Assembly (NCBI RefSeq): GCF_006345805.1
Contig: NC_042999.1
Span: forward strand, 89,404,001-89,468,000
Source of the DNA: Octopus sinensis
Lineage: Eukaryota
DNA: 64,000 nt
Reading direction: 5' to 3'
A program made the position numbers and the translations under genes. The notes below the pieces were generated by a model, which was given only the letters and a program-made list of their open reading frames with translations, was not told the DNA's origin and ran no database searches. Below, in pieces: positions 1 to 12,529 of this stretch; position 1 is the first letter of the stretch, and every line of letters starts with the position of its first letter.

Positions 1-300
1 AGGCTGAGAGTACCATTCAAAATACTCAATATCCGAAAGTTTATTTCCTGTATTGTATAAATTGCAATTCTTTCTGGAATGTTTAATCATAAAGCTTTAT
101 ATTGAATTGCTGAGTGAAAATAGGAAATTTCAAATAACCTACCCGCTAAACAGAGAAGTGGATTGGTATAAAATGATATGGAAAGCTGAAATCTAGGATT
201 TTAAGTCAGTTAAATTAATGCCACGCATGAAACTCGACCTTGAATAACGTTTGTAAATTTCTGTACGTTAAAAATAAATATAATTTATGTTATATATATA

Positions 301-629
301 TATGGCTCGGTGGTTAGGGCGTCGGGATCACAATCATGAGGTAGTGAATTCGATTCCCGGACCATATTGTGTGTTGTATTCTTGGGCACGACACTTTATT
401 TCATTTTGCTCCAATTCACTCAGCTGTTGAAATGAGTTGCGACGTCACTGATGCCAAGCTGTATCGGACTTTGCCTTTCCCTTGGATAACATCAGTAGCG
501 TGGAGAGGGGAAACTAGTATGCATGGGCGACTGCAGGTCATCCATAAACTACCTTGTCCGGATTTGTACCTCGGAGGGGAACCTTCATGGTACAATCCCA
601 CGGTCATTCATGACCGAAGGGTGTTTTTA
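301..629 (+). mobile_element. tRNA-derived SINE, family C (CORE-like central domain)
   Basis: A-box-like TGGCTCGGTGG and B-box-like GAATTCGATTCC, then TTCTTGGGCACGACACTTTATTTC..CACTCAGCTG..AAATGAGT. Related copies lie at ~21505-21610(-), 25560-25680(-), 43838-44090(+), 47740-47950(+), 60080-60210(-) and 61250-61420(-). Confidence 0.8.
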
Positions 630-1342
630 TTCTTACTTTTATATATATATATATATACATACACACACATAAACACACATATGCATAGATATGTAAGTAC
701 GTATATTTTTATATAAATGAACAGAGTTAAAAATAGAGGAGGGAGAAAGGAGAGGCAAAGAGAGTGAGTGAAAGAAAGAAAGAGTAAAAAGACAGCTCTC
801 TATGAATGAAACGTTTATTTTCAAAACAGTTGTTTGTTGGTTGTTTTTGAAGAAATATTGTACTTAGTAATTAGACAGATATTCAGCAAGTGTGTTGGAA
901 ATTAGGAATTGTTACTCGAATAAGCGCGTCTACATGACGTGTTGTTCGAAGACGGTGTAAAATTCATCAGTTACCTGTCAGGTCGGCGCCTGGTAACCTA
1001 AACTTCTCTCGACAAATTAACCAACTGGTTAGGGGACCGTCAGCAAAGTTTTGTTATACCATACAGTACCATATCAATTACAAGATGCGAACCTGTAAAT
1101 CATGAACAAGATTCGACCATATTATCTATTTTGCCATCACAAAGTTCAAATGCAGCATTACTACCAAGTAGGAACACATACTAAAATAACACACACACAC
1201 ATCTGTGTCTGTGTGTGTGCAGGTTAGTTGCGAAACTGATATTGACTCCCTGGCCCGATAACTAATGAGGAGTCGGCGTCCATCTATGTCTGTTTCTCGT
1301 TTGTTTGTGCATTTCTTAGGCTTTTTAAACTTATTATATACA

Positions 1343-1377
<35 letters not shown>

Positions 1378-1615
1378 ATGTATGTATGTATGTATGTATG
1401 TATGTATGTATGTATGTATGTATGTATATATGTATAGAAGAAAAAGGAACAAGCGATTATCTTATGAAATTTATTTGCTTACAGCTGTTACAGGTGTTTC
1501 CGCTAGAAGTTGCAGTAGACTCATAGTTGAGTGCCTGAACAACACCTTATAGTTTCAACGGAGCCTCAAGCATGAAGTGATCGCAATGCCTAAGCGAAAT
1601 ATATATGTATATATT

Positions 1616-1777
1616 GGCGCATGCCTGGCTGAGTGCCAAGAAGTTTGCTTCCCAACCACATGGTTCCGAGTTCAGTCCCACCGCATTCCACCTCGAGCAA
1701 GTTTCTTCTACTATAGCCTCTTCAGGCCGACCAAAGCCTTGTGAGTGGATTTGGTAAGCTAAAACTGTAAGACGCCT

Positions 1778-1816
<39 letters not shown>

Positions 1817-2016
1817 ATGCGCGTGTGTGTGTATTTGTTCCCAACCGCCGTTTGACAATTAGTGTCGGTTTGTTTACGTCTCCATAACTTAGCTGTTCGG
1901 CAAAAAGAACCGATAGAATAAGTACCAACCTTAAACAATAAGACTAACATTTCTTTAAGGTGTTGCCTCAACATCACAGCAGCCCAGTGATTGGAACAAG
2001 TAAAAGATATAAGATA
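1616..2016 (+). mobile_element. tRNA-derived SINE, family A
   Basis: Head CCAACCACATGGTTCCGAGTTCAGTCCCAC, body GGCCGACCAAAGCCTTGTGAGTGGATTTGGTA, internal (TG)n and 3' CCGATAGAATAAGTAC...AACAAGTAAAAGA. The same layout recurs more than 15 times in the window. Confidence 0.85.
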
Positions 2017-2289
2017 TACGTGTGTGTGTGTGTATGTGAATGGAAGTATGTGCATTTCTGCGTGGCGTGTCTCTATGTGTGACTGATGGTAAAGGTACGT
2101 GAACTAGTGGTAAGGTTGTGGGTTCGAAACGAGCAGCATGTTTTGTCTTGAGCAAGGTACTTCTTTTCACGCGGCTCCGGTCTAATCAGCCGTAATTGAA
2201 CATTAACCGTCTGTCAGTATTGCCGCCTCTCTCTTTCCCTTCATATGTCACAACATACGAAGACAAGTCCTACTCGCTTGCTGGTGGTC

Positions 2290-2338
2290 TCTATGCACAC
2301 ACACACACACAAACACACAAATATGAGCGTTTATGTAG

Positions 2339-2370
<32 letters not shown>

Positions 2371-2980
2371 GTGTGTATATATGCGTCTATATGTGAGTAT
2401 GTTATGTATCTGTATCGTACATACTTGTATCATCAATACATCCATCCATCCGTCCATACATACATACATACATACATACATACATACATACATACATACA
2501 TACATACATACATACATACATTCATGCATACATACATACATACATACATTCATGCATGCATACATGCATACATACATACATACATTCATGCATACATACA
2601 TACATACATACATACATACATACATACATACATACATACATAATACATACATACATACATGCAGACAGACAGACATATATACATACATATGTGTGTGTGT
2701 TTGTATGTATGTGTGTTTTGCAACTATGTACTGTATTTGTATGTGTGGACGTGTGTCTCCTTATGTGTCCTTGTGTGAAGTAAAGTGTGTGGGTATATAT
2801 GGTCATGTGTTTCAGTTTTCATTTGTGTATGTGTGCTTGTCTCTTCATATAACCTATGTACCTATGTGTCTGTATGTTGATCTGTTTACTTTCATATCCA
2901 TATGCTTATATACATGTGAATATACATATATATACACTCACACACACATACATACATCTATCTACATAACAGCCCACTAA
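2290..2980. repeat. Compound microsatellite (CA)n/(TA)n/(TACA)n/(TG)n
   Basis: Directly visible. It explains the overlapping YIHT/MYVC ORFs. Similar tracts lie at 1341-1430, 5420-5780, 14800-14930, 16900-17300, 21610-21780, 43570-43830 and 45940-46160. Confidence 0.95.
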
Positions 2981-3029
2981 TTATACTCTACCTGTGTAAA
3001 CTGGACTTGGGGCTATGATATCTACTATA

Positions 3030-4580
3030 TATATTTCCTATTTAGTATTGGGGAAGTTTCATTTATGAGGACGTACCCCTGTATTTATCCGAGTGTTGGG
3101 CCCTTTGGGTTCTTGGATAAGATGCGGATGTCAAGTTGACCCAGGTTGCCTCCATGTTGGTCCTTGGCATGTTGGTAGAGTATGGAGGACTGATTTTTGG
3201 TCGTCATATTGTCTCAAATGATCATTTAGTCGTTCCACAATGCTCCTAGATGTCTCCCCTATATATGCCATATTCATGTCTTTACAAGCACCTTCTATGC
3301 ATCTTATGCTGTAAACTACATTTCTAGTTCTACAGTTAATGCCAAGGCTAATCCTACAAACCATGCAGTTATCGTTGGTGCATATGGTATTCTCAAAGCT
3401 TTTCTAAGTCTATGGTGTTCTTCAGAGCTTTTCTAAATCTACGGGCTAGTTCTCCATGGGCTGTAGCCTCTTCAAACATCACTCCTTGATATTTGTCAGT
3501 TTTATACCACGTGTTCGCCCTGTTTGCTTTATCACAGGTTCTTTGTATCCTATTCCAGTCTTTCTTTCTATATCCAGGGTAGGTACCACTGGTATCATTA
3601 CGTATAGCGTTATCTAATTTCTTTCTAGTACCCCTATATACTCGAACCCTATCTTTCTGATCACATCCAGAGAATTGCATGCGGTGCATGAAGTTGTGTA
3701 TATGTTTTTTCGTTTCATAGGGTTCGCATAGTGGGGACACGTTGTTCATTATCCTAACTAAGTCTGCCATCGGAATGTTAATTTTTATGTTGTGTGACAA
3801 AGCTGAGATCTTGTGAACAACATATTTTGAAGCTATGGGTTTCATGTTATAGGAGTGGAGGAGCTTCACTCCATTGTTCACAGACTCTAACCAAAGTTCA
3901 GTATCAAAGACGGGGAGTCTATTGTTGGGGTGCCTAGTGGGTAAGCTATAGTTACCATGATACTTTGGTGGATGGAGTTAGCTACTTGCTGGATGCTCTC
4001 CATTACGTTCTTCTCAGTTTCTGCACTACCTATTTTTTTATTACCCACAAGGGGCTAAACATAGAAGGGACAAAGACAGACATAGGTATTAAGTCGATTA
4101 CATCGACCCCAGTGCGTAACTGGTAATTAACTTATCGACCCCGAAAGGATGAAAGGCAAAGTCAACCTCGGCGGAATTTGAATACCGTTACTGGAGTTGG
4201 TCTTAACTATGATATTAATGTCATCTACAAACCTACTGTAGAGTAGAAGGGTTGTGGACTGTTCTGCCAACATTTGCTTAAGTTTTCTGTCCCACAAGGT
4301 CATGAAGGGGCCAGTCACATCTCCAGCTACACCGACACCGATGGCTGCACCTTGAACCTGCATGTATAGTTTTTGCTAAACTTTACTATGTGGTTCTTCA
4401 AGGTGTTTTTTTACTTGCATGTGCAATCATTTCTTTCACCCGATTGTTGTTTTCAGGGTTTTGAGTGGGTGCGGTCCAGCCTCTCCAGCTCTCTGCGGGG
4501 ATTTTCTTCACTGCTGAAGTGATGATGGGTGGTCTTCCTCTCTGTGACCTGATGGGGCAGAATCTACTGAGGTCATGGTC
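3030..4580 (-). mobile_element. Penelope-like element, Naiad-type, degraded RT plus GIY-YIG endonuclease
   Basis: Minus-strand peptides in order: RGRPPIIT; KNHIVKF; MQVQGAAIG (RT QxxGxxxG); LYSRFVDDI; VANSIHQSIMVT..LPVFDTELW; NTWYK..YQGVMFEEATAHGELARRF; Cys linker CTNDNCMVC..NC; VVYSIRC..C..YIGETSR..ERLNDH; ILNRK. Frameshifts and deletions are present. Confidence 0.85.
4033..4181 (-). mobile_element. SINE family B inserted into the PLE RT domain
   Basis: TTACCCACAAGGGGCTAAACATAG..GTCGATTACATCGACCCCAGTGCGTAACTGG..CCCCGAAAGGATGAAAGGCAAAGTCAACCTCGGCGGAATTTGAA interrupts the PLE reading frame. Confidence 0.85.
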
Positions 4581-4917
4581 ATATTTTTTGAATTAAATAT
4601 TATTAGAAATTGTATTTCAAAAGTGTTAAAATATTTTGCGTCCTGTAGAAAAAATATAACCAATTTATTACATATAAATTTCAACAACAAAATCTCATAT
4701 GGACCCCCAAGGGTCATATGAACCTCGATGGCGAATCACTGAGCTAGACCATTTTTCGGAGGCGGAAAGACACTCGCTCTTGTTTTTCAAAAACGGACGT
4801 AAGCCATCTCTCCGCTTTTTCCCGGATAAATTCTTTGTGACACATCCGCTTGTTCCTTCTGCTGGCTCAGTTTTGAGTCATTTCATTTGACTCACACAAT
4901 TGCCAGCGACTAGTTTC

Positions 4918-4948
<31 letters not shown>

Positions 4949-5674
4949 GGAGGTGATTATGCCATCGTAACCAATGGTGATTATGGTGATTATGTGATTT
5001 TATTGTTTATCCCTTTCAAATCGTAGTTCCCACACAATTTTTGTGACTTCTGATGCACCAGTTTTGTTTGTGTGCTTTATTTTGTTTTCTTGTCATCCTT
5101 TGCTTCTCCTTCCCCCTTTTTTTGAAATAATTTTGAGGCGTGTTTGTTTACGTTACTGCAACTAGCGCAGTAACGATCATCTCTTCCTTACAATTGTCAG
5201 GCTGCCATCTTGCTGCATGTGTAAATACTACAAGTAGCTATTTGTCAAAAATGTATAAACAGCTTAAAATCTCAAAAGACAACCCTTTCGTTCACCACAC
5301 AGGAAAGGGTCAGATGTTTAAATGCTCCGAGAATTTTGATGGCATAAAGGACAAAAGAGAAAGAAACCCTCATTTTCCAAAAGATTCAATTTAGTCGGGA
5401 TATTGTTGATTATATCGAGACCAAATTAGATAGATAGATAGATAGATACATACATACATACATACATACATACATACATACATACATACATACATACATA
5501 CATAGATGCATACATATATAGATACATGCATACATGCATACATATATACATACATATATATGTATATGCATATATATATATATACATATATATATAATGT
5601 ATATATACAAATACATATACATTTGTGTGTATGCGTGTTTATATACATACACACCAATATAATGTATAGTTTGG

Positions 5675-5756
<82 letters not shown>

Positions 5757-6517
5757 TTGACAGGATAGATATTGATAGATAGATGTTGACAGGAACTTCA
5801 AATTCAGCCAAACAGCTAAATCAATTGGCTTTTAAAATCTGTTAGACGAAATTCGAAGTCGCAATATATATCACAATGGTTTTCCGGTTTACAAGGCACT
5901 CTGCTTTTCTACACTTTATCACAAAGTCCACCAAGTTCGAATTTGCCTTTCATTCTCTCAGAGTCAATAAAATAAGTACCAGTCAAGCACTGGAGTCGAT
6001 GTTATTAATTAGCCCTCTCCCACAAAATCTCAGTCATTGTACTTTTCTAATAAAGATCAACTTCACATTTATCTTTACGAAATGCTATTACGTCATTTCG
6101 TAGTTTCCTCTCGAATTTCATTTTACTTTTATTTTATTTCTACGTGGATGAGAGTGCCCTCATGTTAAAGTAGCACCTATATTAGTTTTATTTTTTAAAT
6201 TATACTTTGTTATATCCTTCTGAGATTGAATAATAGAAATTCAAGTGTCAAAGCAAATTAGTTTTTTTTTCTAAAAATGAAAATGAAAATGCTTAATCAT
6301 CTGCAAATTGATGGAGTCTGAGAAAAAAGCATTTAAAGTAAACCAAGCAACAGTTAGAACGGTGAAAACAAAGGAAGAAAAGCCAGGTATAAATGCAAAA
6401 ATCTTCAATAACTTCAAAACAGACATTCATAATAAACAACAATTTAGAAACAATAGAAAAGCTCTATTGACTAGCAGATAAATTCAAAAAGGATTGCCTA
6501 TGTTTTTATATTTTATT

Positions 6518-6870
6518 ATTTCAGTCGTTAGACTGCGGATATGCTGGGGCACTACCTTGAAGAGTTTAGCCGAAGGAATCGACACCAGTACTAATTTTTT
6601 TCTTTATGCTTTTAAGCCTGGTGCTTATTTTATTGATCTCTTTTGCTGCTAAATTACGGAAACGTAAACAAACCAACACCGGTCATCAAATGATATAGGG
6701 AAACAAATAGAAGCACAAACACACACATATTTATTTATTTATATACGACGGGCTTCTTTCAGTTTCTGTCTATCAAATCTACTCACAAGGCTTTCGTCCC
6801 ACGCAATGGGACTGAACCCGGAACCATGTGTTTGGGAAGTAGACCTCTTACGACTCAGTCATGCCTGCGC
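6518..6870 (-). mobile_element. SINE family A
   Basis: Reverse complement of the family A layout (TTTCAGTC..GACTGCGG..ATGCTGG; ACGACGGGCTTCTTTCAGTTT; TGGGACTGAACCCGGAACCATGTG). Confidence 0.8.
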
Positions 6871-7171
6871 CTAAGAGAACTCCTACTAAATCGACAATTC
6901 AACATGACAAAGCAAACATTTAGCTCATCGAGATTTTCGGATGGAAATTGCTGGTTTGAAAAATATGTTTTAAATTGCATGGGAAAATTGAATAAACTTT
7001 TAAGAGAACTACTGAAAGATTTATGTTGCAATTGCTTAAAATAATTAAAGAAGGTTCTTATTCTTTAAAACAAATATTTATTGCTGATGTAAACGTGTCA
7101 TCTGGGAGAAAATGTCAAAGAACAGTAGTGTATCCAGGAAAGTAAAATATCACATTTAATTGTTAAGTCAA

Positions 7172-7335
7172 CCTCGTTGGAGTTCTGAGTTCAAGTTCCG
7201 CCGAGGTTGACTTTGCCTTTCATCTTTCCGGGATCGATAAATTAAGTACCAGTGGAACAATGGGGTCGATGTAATCGACTAGTCCTCTCCCCCAAATATT
7301 CAGGCCTTGTGCCTTTCATAGAAAGGATTACTATA
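7172..7335 (+). mobile_element. SINE family B, 5'-truncated
   Basis: GTTCTGAGTTCAAGTTCCGCCGAGGTTGACTTTGCCTTTCATC..GATAAATTAAGTACCAG..CAGGCCTTGTGCC..AGAAAGGATTA. A second partial copy lies on the minus strand at ~7590-7700. Confidence 0.8.
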
Positions 7336-7902
7336 ATACTATAAAGCATTAGATAACTGATTCATAAAGCTCTAATTAATTATTAGGTCTATATGTTATT
7401 ATAAACGCAAACACAGGTACACACACAGACATGGAAACACGTGTACCACCATGCACAGACAGACACACGTACACAAACAGAAACACATGCACACGTATTT
7501 TTAATCTTAATTTCAATAGCGAATTGTAAAAACCTTTTGGCATAAGTTTTAGTAAAATTCGTTCTACATTCTAGCATAAGAACAACAGTTTAAGGGGAGG
7601 GGTAAGTCGCTTACGTCGACCCCATTGATCAACTGGTACTTATTTTATCGACCCAGTAAAGATGAAAGGCAAACTCACTTCGGCGGAATTTGAACGTAAA
7701 GCCGGACATTAAAATGAACGTCGTCTTACACTGTTTTGATTTGTGCGGATTATCTCTGGACAAGTCCCCGTGCAATGCAAAGATCTGGCCATTTTGTAAC
7801 ATGACAATAACACCTCAAGTATTCCAACGCAAACAGTAAAATTTCTTTCTTGTTTCAGGTTATTATAATAACCTGATCGAAATTATATATATAGAGAGAG
7901 AG

Positions 7903-9346
7903 GGGGGGTGAGCACCGTTAATCAAAAAGTTAACTTCATTAATCGTTTAGGGTTAACTTTAATTGAAACAAAAGCATTACTACAGTTTAATACCCCATCG
8001 ACTTTGTTGCCTCATAACTTCCAGTAAATTTTGCTTTTTTCCCAGTTCTGTACTTTCTGGGAGAAAAGCCCCCCACATTATCTCAAAGCTACGAGAATTC
8101 TCTAATGTGATTTGTTTGGGGTTTTTTTAAAGATTTCCTAGAGGAATTACATACAACGGGTTTTGACCGGTTTAAATACTAAAGGTTTAAAAAGTGCCGA
8201 AACCATATAATCAGCCTTTTTTTGGTCATTTTTCTTTAGAATTAAAAGATACTGATTTTATAGTTTTAAATTTTAAAGGGCCTAAAAAAGTCTGGACCCT
8301 TTCTTTAGGTTTTTAAAAGCATTTAGAGCCAAAAAAGTTTTTAAAAAAACTCAGATGAAGCACAATATTAATATTAAACTAAAAAATGTTTATTGATAAA
8401 GTGGCTGTTAAAAAAAGTAAAAATAAAAAATGAAAAGTATGATATATACTTAATTTAATTTTTCTTCTTCTCCTCCTCCATTTTGTTGATGAGATTCATG
8501 CCCTTCATGAAAATTAACATACTAAAATGTTCATAAGACAAGGGCGGTCTCTTGACATGCAAGATATCCTTGCCCATGGAAAATAAACGTTCAACTGCAG
8601 CACTGGAAGGGATGGCTGTGTCGAACTTGATGAACAAGTCCACCAACACTTACTCACTCAAGAAGGCAGCATCTGTCAGATCTTTGGAGTTGGTCGCCAT
8701 CCAGGTCTTTACTAAATTCTTAGCCTTGTCCTTTAATGACCTGTGACTTTCACTCACTTTTTGTTGGGTGATACCACTGAAGAAGTCATCCTCCATCTCT
8801 TCGTTGTTACTGCCTCCACTGTTGCTGCTCACTTCCTCAGACTGCGCCTCATGGCCTCCTCAACCTTATCCTCCATGTTTCTCCTCACCTGATGAGATGA
8901 AACCTGAGGCGGAAGGAAACAGCCAGGAAGGCCGCAAATCTTTTGTCGATGACTACCAAAACTGTGTCGACCAAGGGTCTGCAGTTGACGGCGTCCTTGG
9001 ATTTGGTTTCAAGGCCCGGGTGGATTTGGTTTCAAATCCAGGCAGGGCCAAACGAGGTCCTACAAGTTATTTATAATAATAGGTGGCGTTATATCGGGGT
9101 TGAAAGAATGACGCGTACACTATTAAATATGCTAAGACAAACTGAAAACAGTAGAAACTTTTAAACGTTTACCGGTTTTTATGAAATTTTGGGGTTAACA
9201 GACTTGAGTTAGCGGAAGCTAAATGTAACGGAAGTTAATTAGTCCGATAATGATTTTCAAAGTTAGTTTAAAAGTTAAATCGTTAACGAAAATGTTAACT
9301 TCGTTAATTAACGATTAATGGACTTACGGACTTACGCCCAGCTGTG
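7903..9346 (-). mobile_element. Internally deleted hAT DNA transposon
   Basis: The ORF at 8455-8649 reads FIKFDTAIPSSAAVERLFSMGKDIL..KR..L..EHF..LIFMKGN-like, the hAT C-terminal dimerisation motif. Both ends carry clusters of GTTAAC/CGTTAA subterminal repeats. Degenerate TIRs: GGGGGGTGAGC versus the reverse complement of GCCCAGCTGTG. Confidence 0.75.
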
Positions 9347-9372
9347 TGTGTGTGTACACACACACACACATA

Positions 9373-9770
9373 TACTCTTTACTCTTTCACTCGTTTCAGT
9401 CATTTGACTGCGGCCATGCTGGAGCACCGCCTTTAATCGAGCAACTCGACCCCGGGACTTATTCTTTTTGTAAACCCAGTACTTATTCTAGCGGTCTCTT
9501 TTGCCGAACCGCTAAGTAACGGGAACATAAACACACCAGCATCGGTTGTCAAGCAATGCTAGGGGGACAAACACAGACACACAAACACACACACGCATAT
9601 ATATATACATATATACGACAGGCTTCTTTCAGTTTCCATCTACCAAATCCACTCACGAGGCTTTGGTCGGCCCGAGGCTATAGTAGAAGACACTTGCCCT
9701 AGGTACCACGCAGTGGGACTGAACCCGGAACCATGTGGCTGGTAAACAAGCTACTTACCCACAGCCACTC
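9373..9770 (-). mobile_element. SINE family A, near full length
   Basis: Complete reverse-complement layout from the ACTCTTTTACTC tail to the CACAGCCACTC head. Confidence 0.9.
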
Positions 9771-9828
<58 letters not shown>

Positions 9829-9830
9829 TA

Positions 9831-9875
<45 letters not shown>

Positions 9876-9941
9876 ATAATATATATATGAGTGGCTGTGT
9901 GGTAAGTAGCTTGTTTACCAGCCACATGGTTCCGGGTTCAG

Positions 9942-10036
<95 letters not shown>

Positions 10037-10049
10037 TTATATATATATA

Positions 10050-10087
<38 letters not shown>

Positions 10088-10922
10088 TATATATATATAT
10101 ATATATATATATAGATATATATATATAATATATTATATTATATATCAGTGATGACTCCGGCACTTGGGCTGTTCGGATTTAGCCTGAGTATAGATTTAGT
10201 CAAGTGAACGTGTATTTGCGAGCTGATTTAATTTCGGCCAACACTGACTTCAAGTATGTAATTTCAGCCAATAACTCGGGCTCCTTTTATTGAGCGTGGT
10301 CGCAATTCATTTATTTTCCTTCAGCATTTGTCGATCGTCTTAGAGGTGCCCTGTGTCAAAATATATCATTCGTACCAGATGTTCTCTCGACATCGTTCAC
10401 ACGCGCCTGACTCGGGCTCAGAAGTTACAACCCGAGTTGTTATCTATAATCGTAAAAATTAAAATTAATTCAAATTCAACGTTTTCTTGAAACAATAAAT
10501 TTCTATAGAGATTCTGATTTAAATTCCAATCTCTGAAAAGTTATTCTACAATATTCTTAAAGAAACGAAAAATTATCCAGTAACTCGGACTAATACGAAC
10601 GAGCCTAATAGGTGTAAAAGACTAGCTGGCATCTCTTGTCAGGAGTACAGCCGACAGTCAGATCGTTGATGTCTTTTGTGCACTCTGCGGTCGTAATTTG
10701 ATTACTGTTATTCTGTGCGTCTGTGTGTAAAGATCAGTTGCAGGATTGCTTTATTTTTACAATTAACTTAGAAATGGAAAAAGACATACTGATAGATATT
10801 AAAAAAATAAGCCTTTTGGGGCTAGAAATATCGCGGAAAAACGTGAAATTCTTCGAGCAACCATGTATCTTATGCGAAATCTGTGATGACCCCGAGTGAC
10901 GCTGTGTGTTTGTATATATGTA

Positions 10923-10998
<76 letters not shown>

Positions 10999-11008
10999 GT
11001 GTGTGTGT

Positions 11009-11040
<32 letters not shown>

Positions 11041-11084
11041 GTGTGGTATACATATATATAATATTGTATATATATATATTATGT

Positions 11085-11738
11085 AATGATAGGAATGGGA
11101 TTTGCCCACTCTTTAGGAACAAGCCATGGAATACTATAGAAAGGACAAAAAAGAAAATAGGGAAGGCCAACTCTTGGTATGATAGCCATAAATACCAGAG
11201 TGTCATGTTCCTTGACACCACCCCTGTAGGTGAACTGGCGTACCGCTTTAGAAGGACCCTAGACAAACTTAAGCTAAGGATTAAGGTTGTTGAAAAGCCA
11301 GGCAACCCTATCAAATCTATAATTGGTAGAACCTATCCTTTTAGTAGAACCCCCTGTACGGATAAGTACTGTACTGTATGTAGATTTAGCCCACAAACAA
11401 ACTGTAAAGCCAGAAATGTAGTCTATAGTATAAGATGTATAGAGGGACGATGCAGTAACAAGACAACGACATACATAGGGGAAACAGCAAGAAGCATAGG
11501 AGAGCGGGTAAATGAACATTGGAGAGAACTCAAGGAAGGTAAAAGCTCATCGATTCTGTACCAACACGCCGAACAGGAACACGGGGGATCAATCAACAAC
11601 ATAGAAATTAAAATATTGTCCACACATAGAACAGATGCAACAATCAGACAAATTACAGAAGCTACACACATAATAGAAAATAAACCTAGCCTGAATAGGA
11701 AACTAGAATGGAACACTAGCACACACCATAACATATGA
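11085..11738 (+). mobile_element. Penelope-like element, Naiad-type, 5'-truncated; open RT-thumb/linker/GIY-YIG C-terminus
   Basis: Uninterrupted frame DRNGICPLFRNKPW..KANSWY..YQSVMFLDTTPVGELAYRF..KVVEKPG..PFSRTPCTDKYCTVC..NC..VVYSIRCIEGRC..YIGETARSIGERVNEH..LYQHAEQEH..EATHI..LNRKLEW. The N-terminal part of the track ORF (10896-11084) is microsatellite. Confidence 0.9.
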
Positions 11739-12529
11739 CGGTAGAGGATCCCGAAAACATAATAAATACACAGATAAATAAACAAATAGAAATAAATAAC
11801 TATATAAGTTTTTTTATTACTAGTATTGTTGTTATACATACATACATACAAGCATATGTAATGATAATAATAAGTGGATGTAAACACATGAACAAAATAA
11901 GAATAAACAAAAATAACAACAACAAAAACAAATTACATGAACGTATATAAACAGAAGATACAAATATTACAGACATCCCCACACACACACACACTAAATA
12001 AATATAGACGCACATAGAGATATAAGCATGCGCAAATAAAGACATACAATAGAAATACAAAATGGCTGACGGTTAGCATGGAGAGACACAAATAAGAAAG
12101 AAGAAAACAAAGGACCACTGATGCGGTCACAGGAGTGTGATGAAAGAACTCTGGCCGAAATAAGATTAAGATTAATGTAAAAAAATAAATAACACTGAAG
12201 CCAAATAACACCAAATATATAGTGCGTGTGTTTTTATTGGCTAAACTGGCAAAATGACCATTCCGAAATATAACAATATATATATTCACACAACGCCAAA
12301 ATAAAGAACTATATTTCATAAAAAAATTTAGACCAAGTTTAAACACCCTGGGCCAGGAATACTAAAACAAAAGATAAGTCCTCCGAAAAGGAGAACCAAA
12401 TTTCACCACGGCCCCTACTTCAAACAGACACTCACTCTGACGGAAATATGCCTTAGTAAAAAAGGGAAAAAAATTCTTTCGTGCAAATCTGACCCTGATA
12501 CATACGATACAGCTAAGGGTCAGACCCGA

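Noticed and set aside
301-380. tRNA genes at SINE heads
   Set aside because: A/B-box-like motifs are present but there is no full cloverleaf, and each continues into a SINE body.
975-1092. Minus-strand segment with a good acceptor (TTTACAG|G) and donor (CAG|GTAACT)
   Set aside because: All three frames contain stops. It could only be a non-coding exon, and nothing supports that.
10880-10893. Short inverted match to 12954-12964 suggesting an inverted pLTR
   Set aside because: Only ~11-14 nt match and the similarity does not extend, which is compatible with chance.
12118-12164. CTGATGC-GGTCA..TGGCC-GAAA hammerhead-like string
   Set aside because: A9 is replaced by C, and no stem III or cleavage triplet pairing could be formed.
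3030-12200. Selenocysteine recoding or SECIS in the Naiad-type PLEs (reported for some Naiads)
   Set aside because: The conserved linker and endonuclease Cys codons I read are TGC/TGT. The TGA at 3393 reflects a deletion/frameshift and the TGA at 11738 lies past the conserved end. I could not build a SECIS helix by eye. A SECISearch run on intact family members would settle it.
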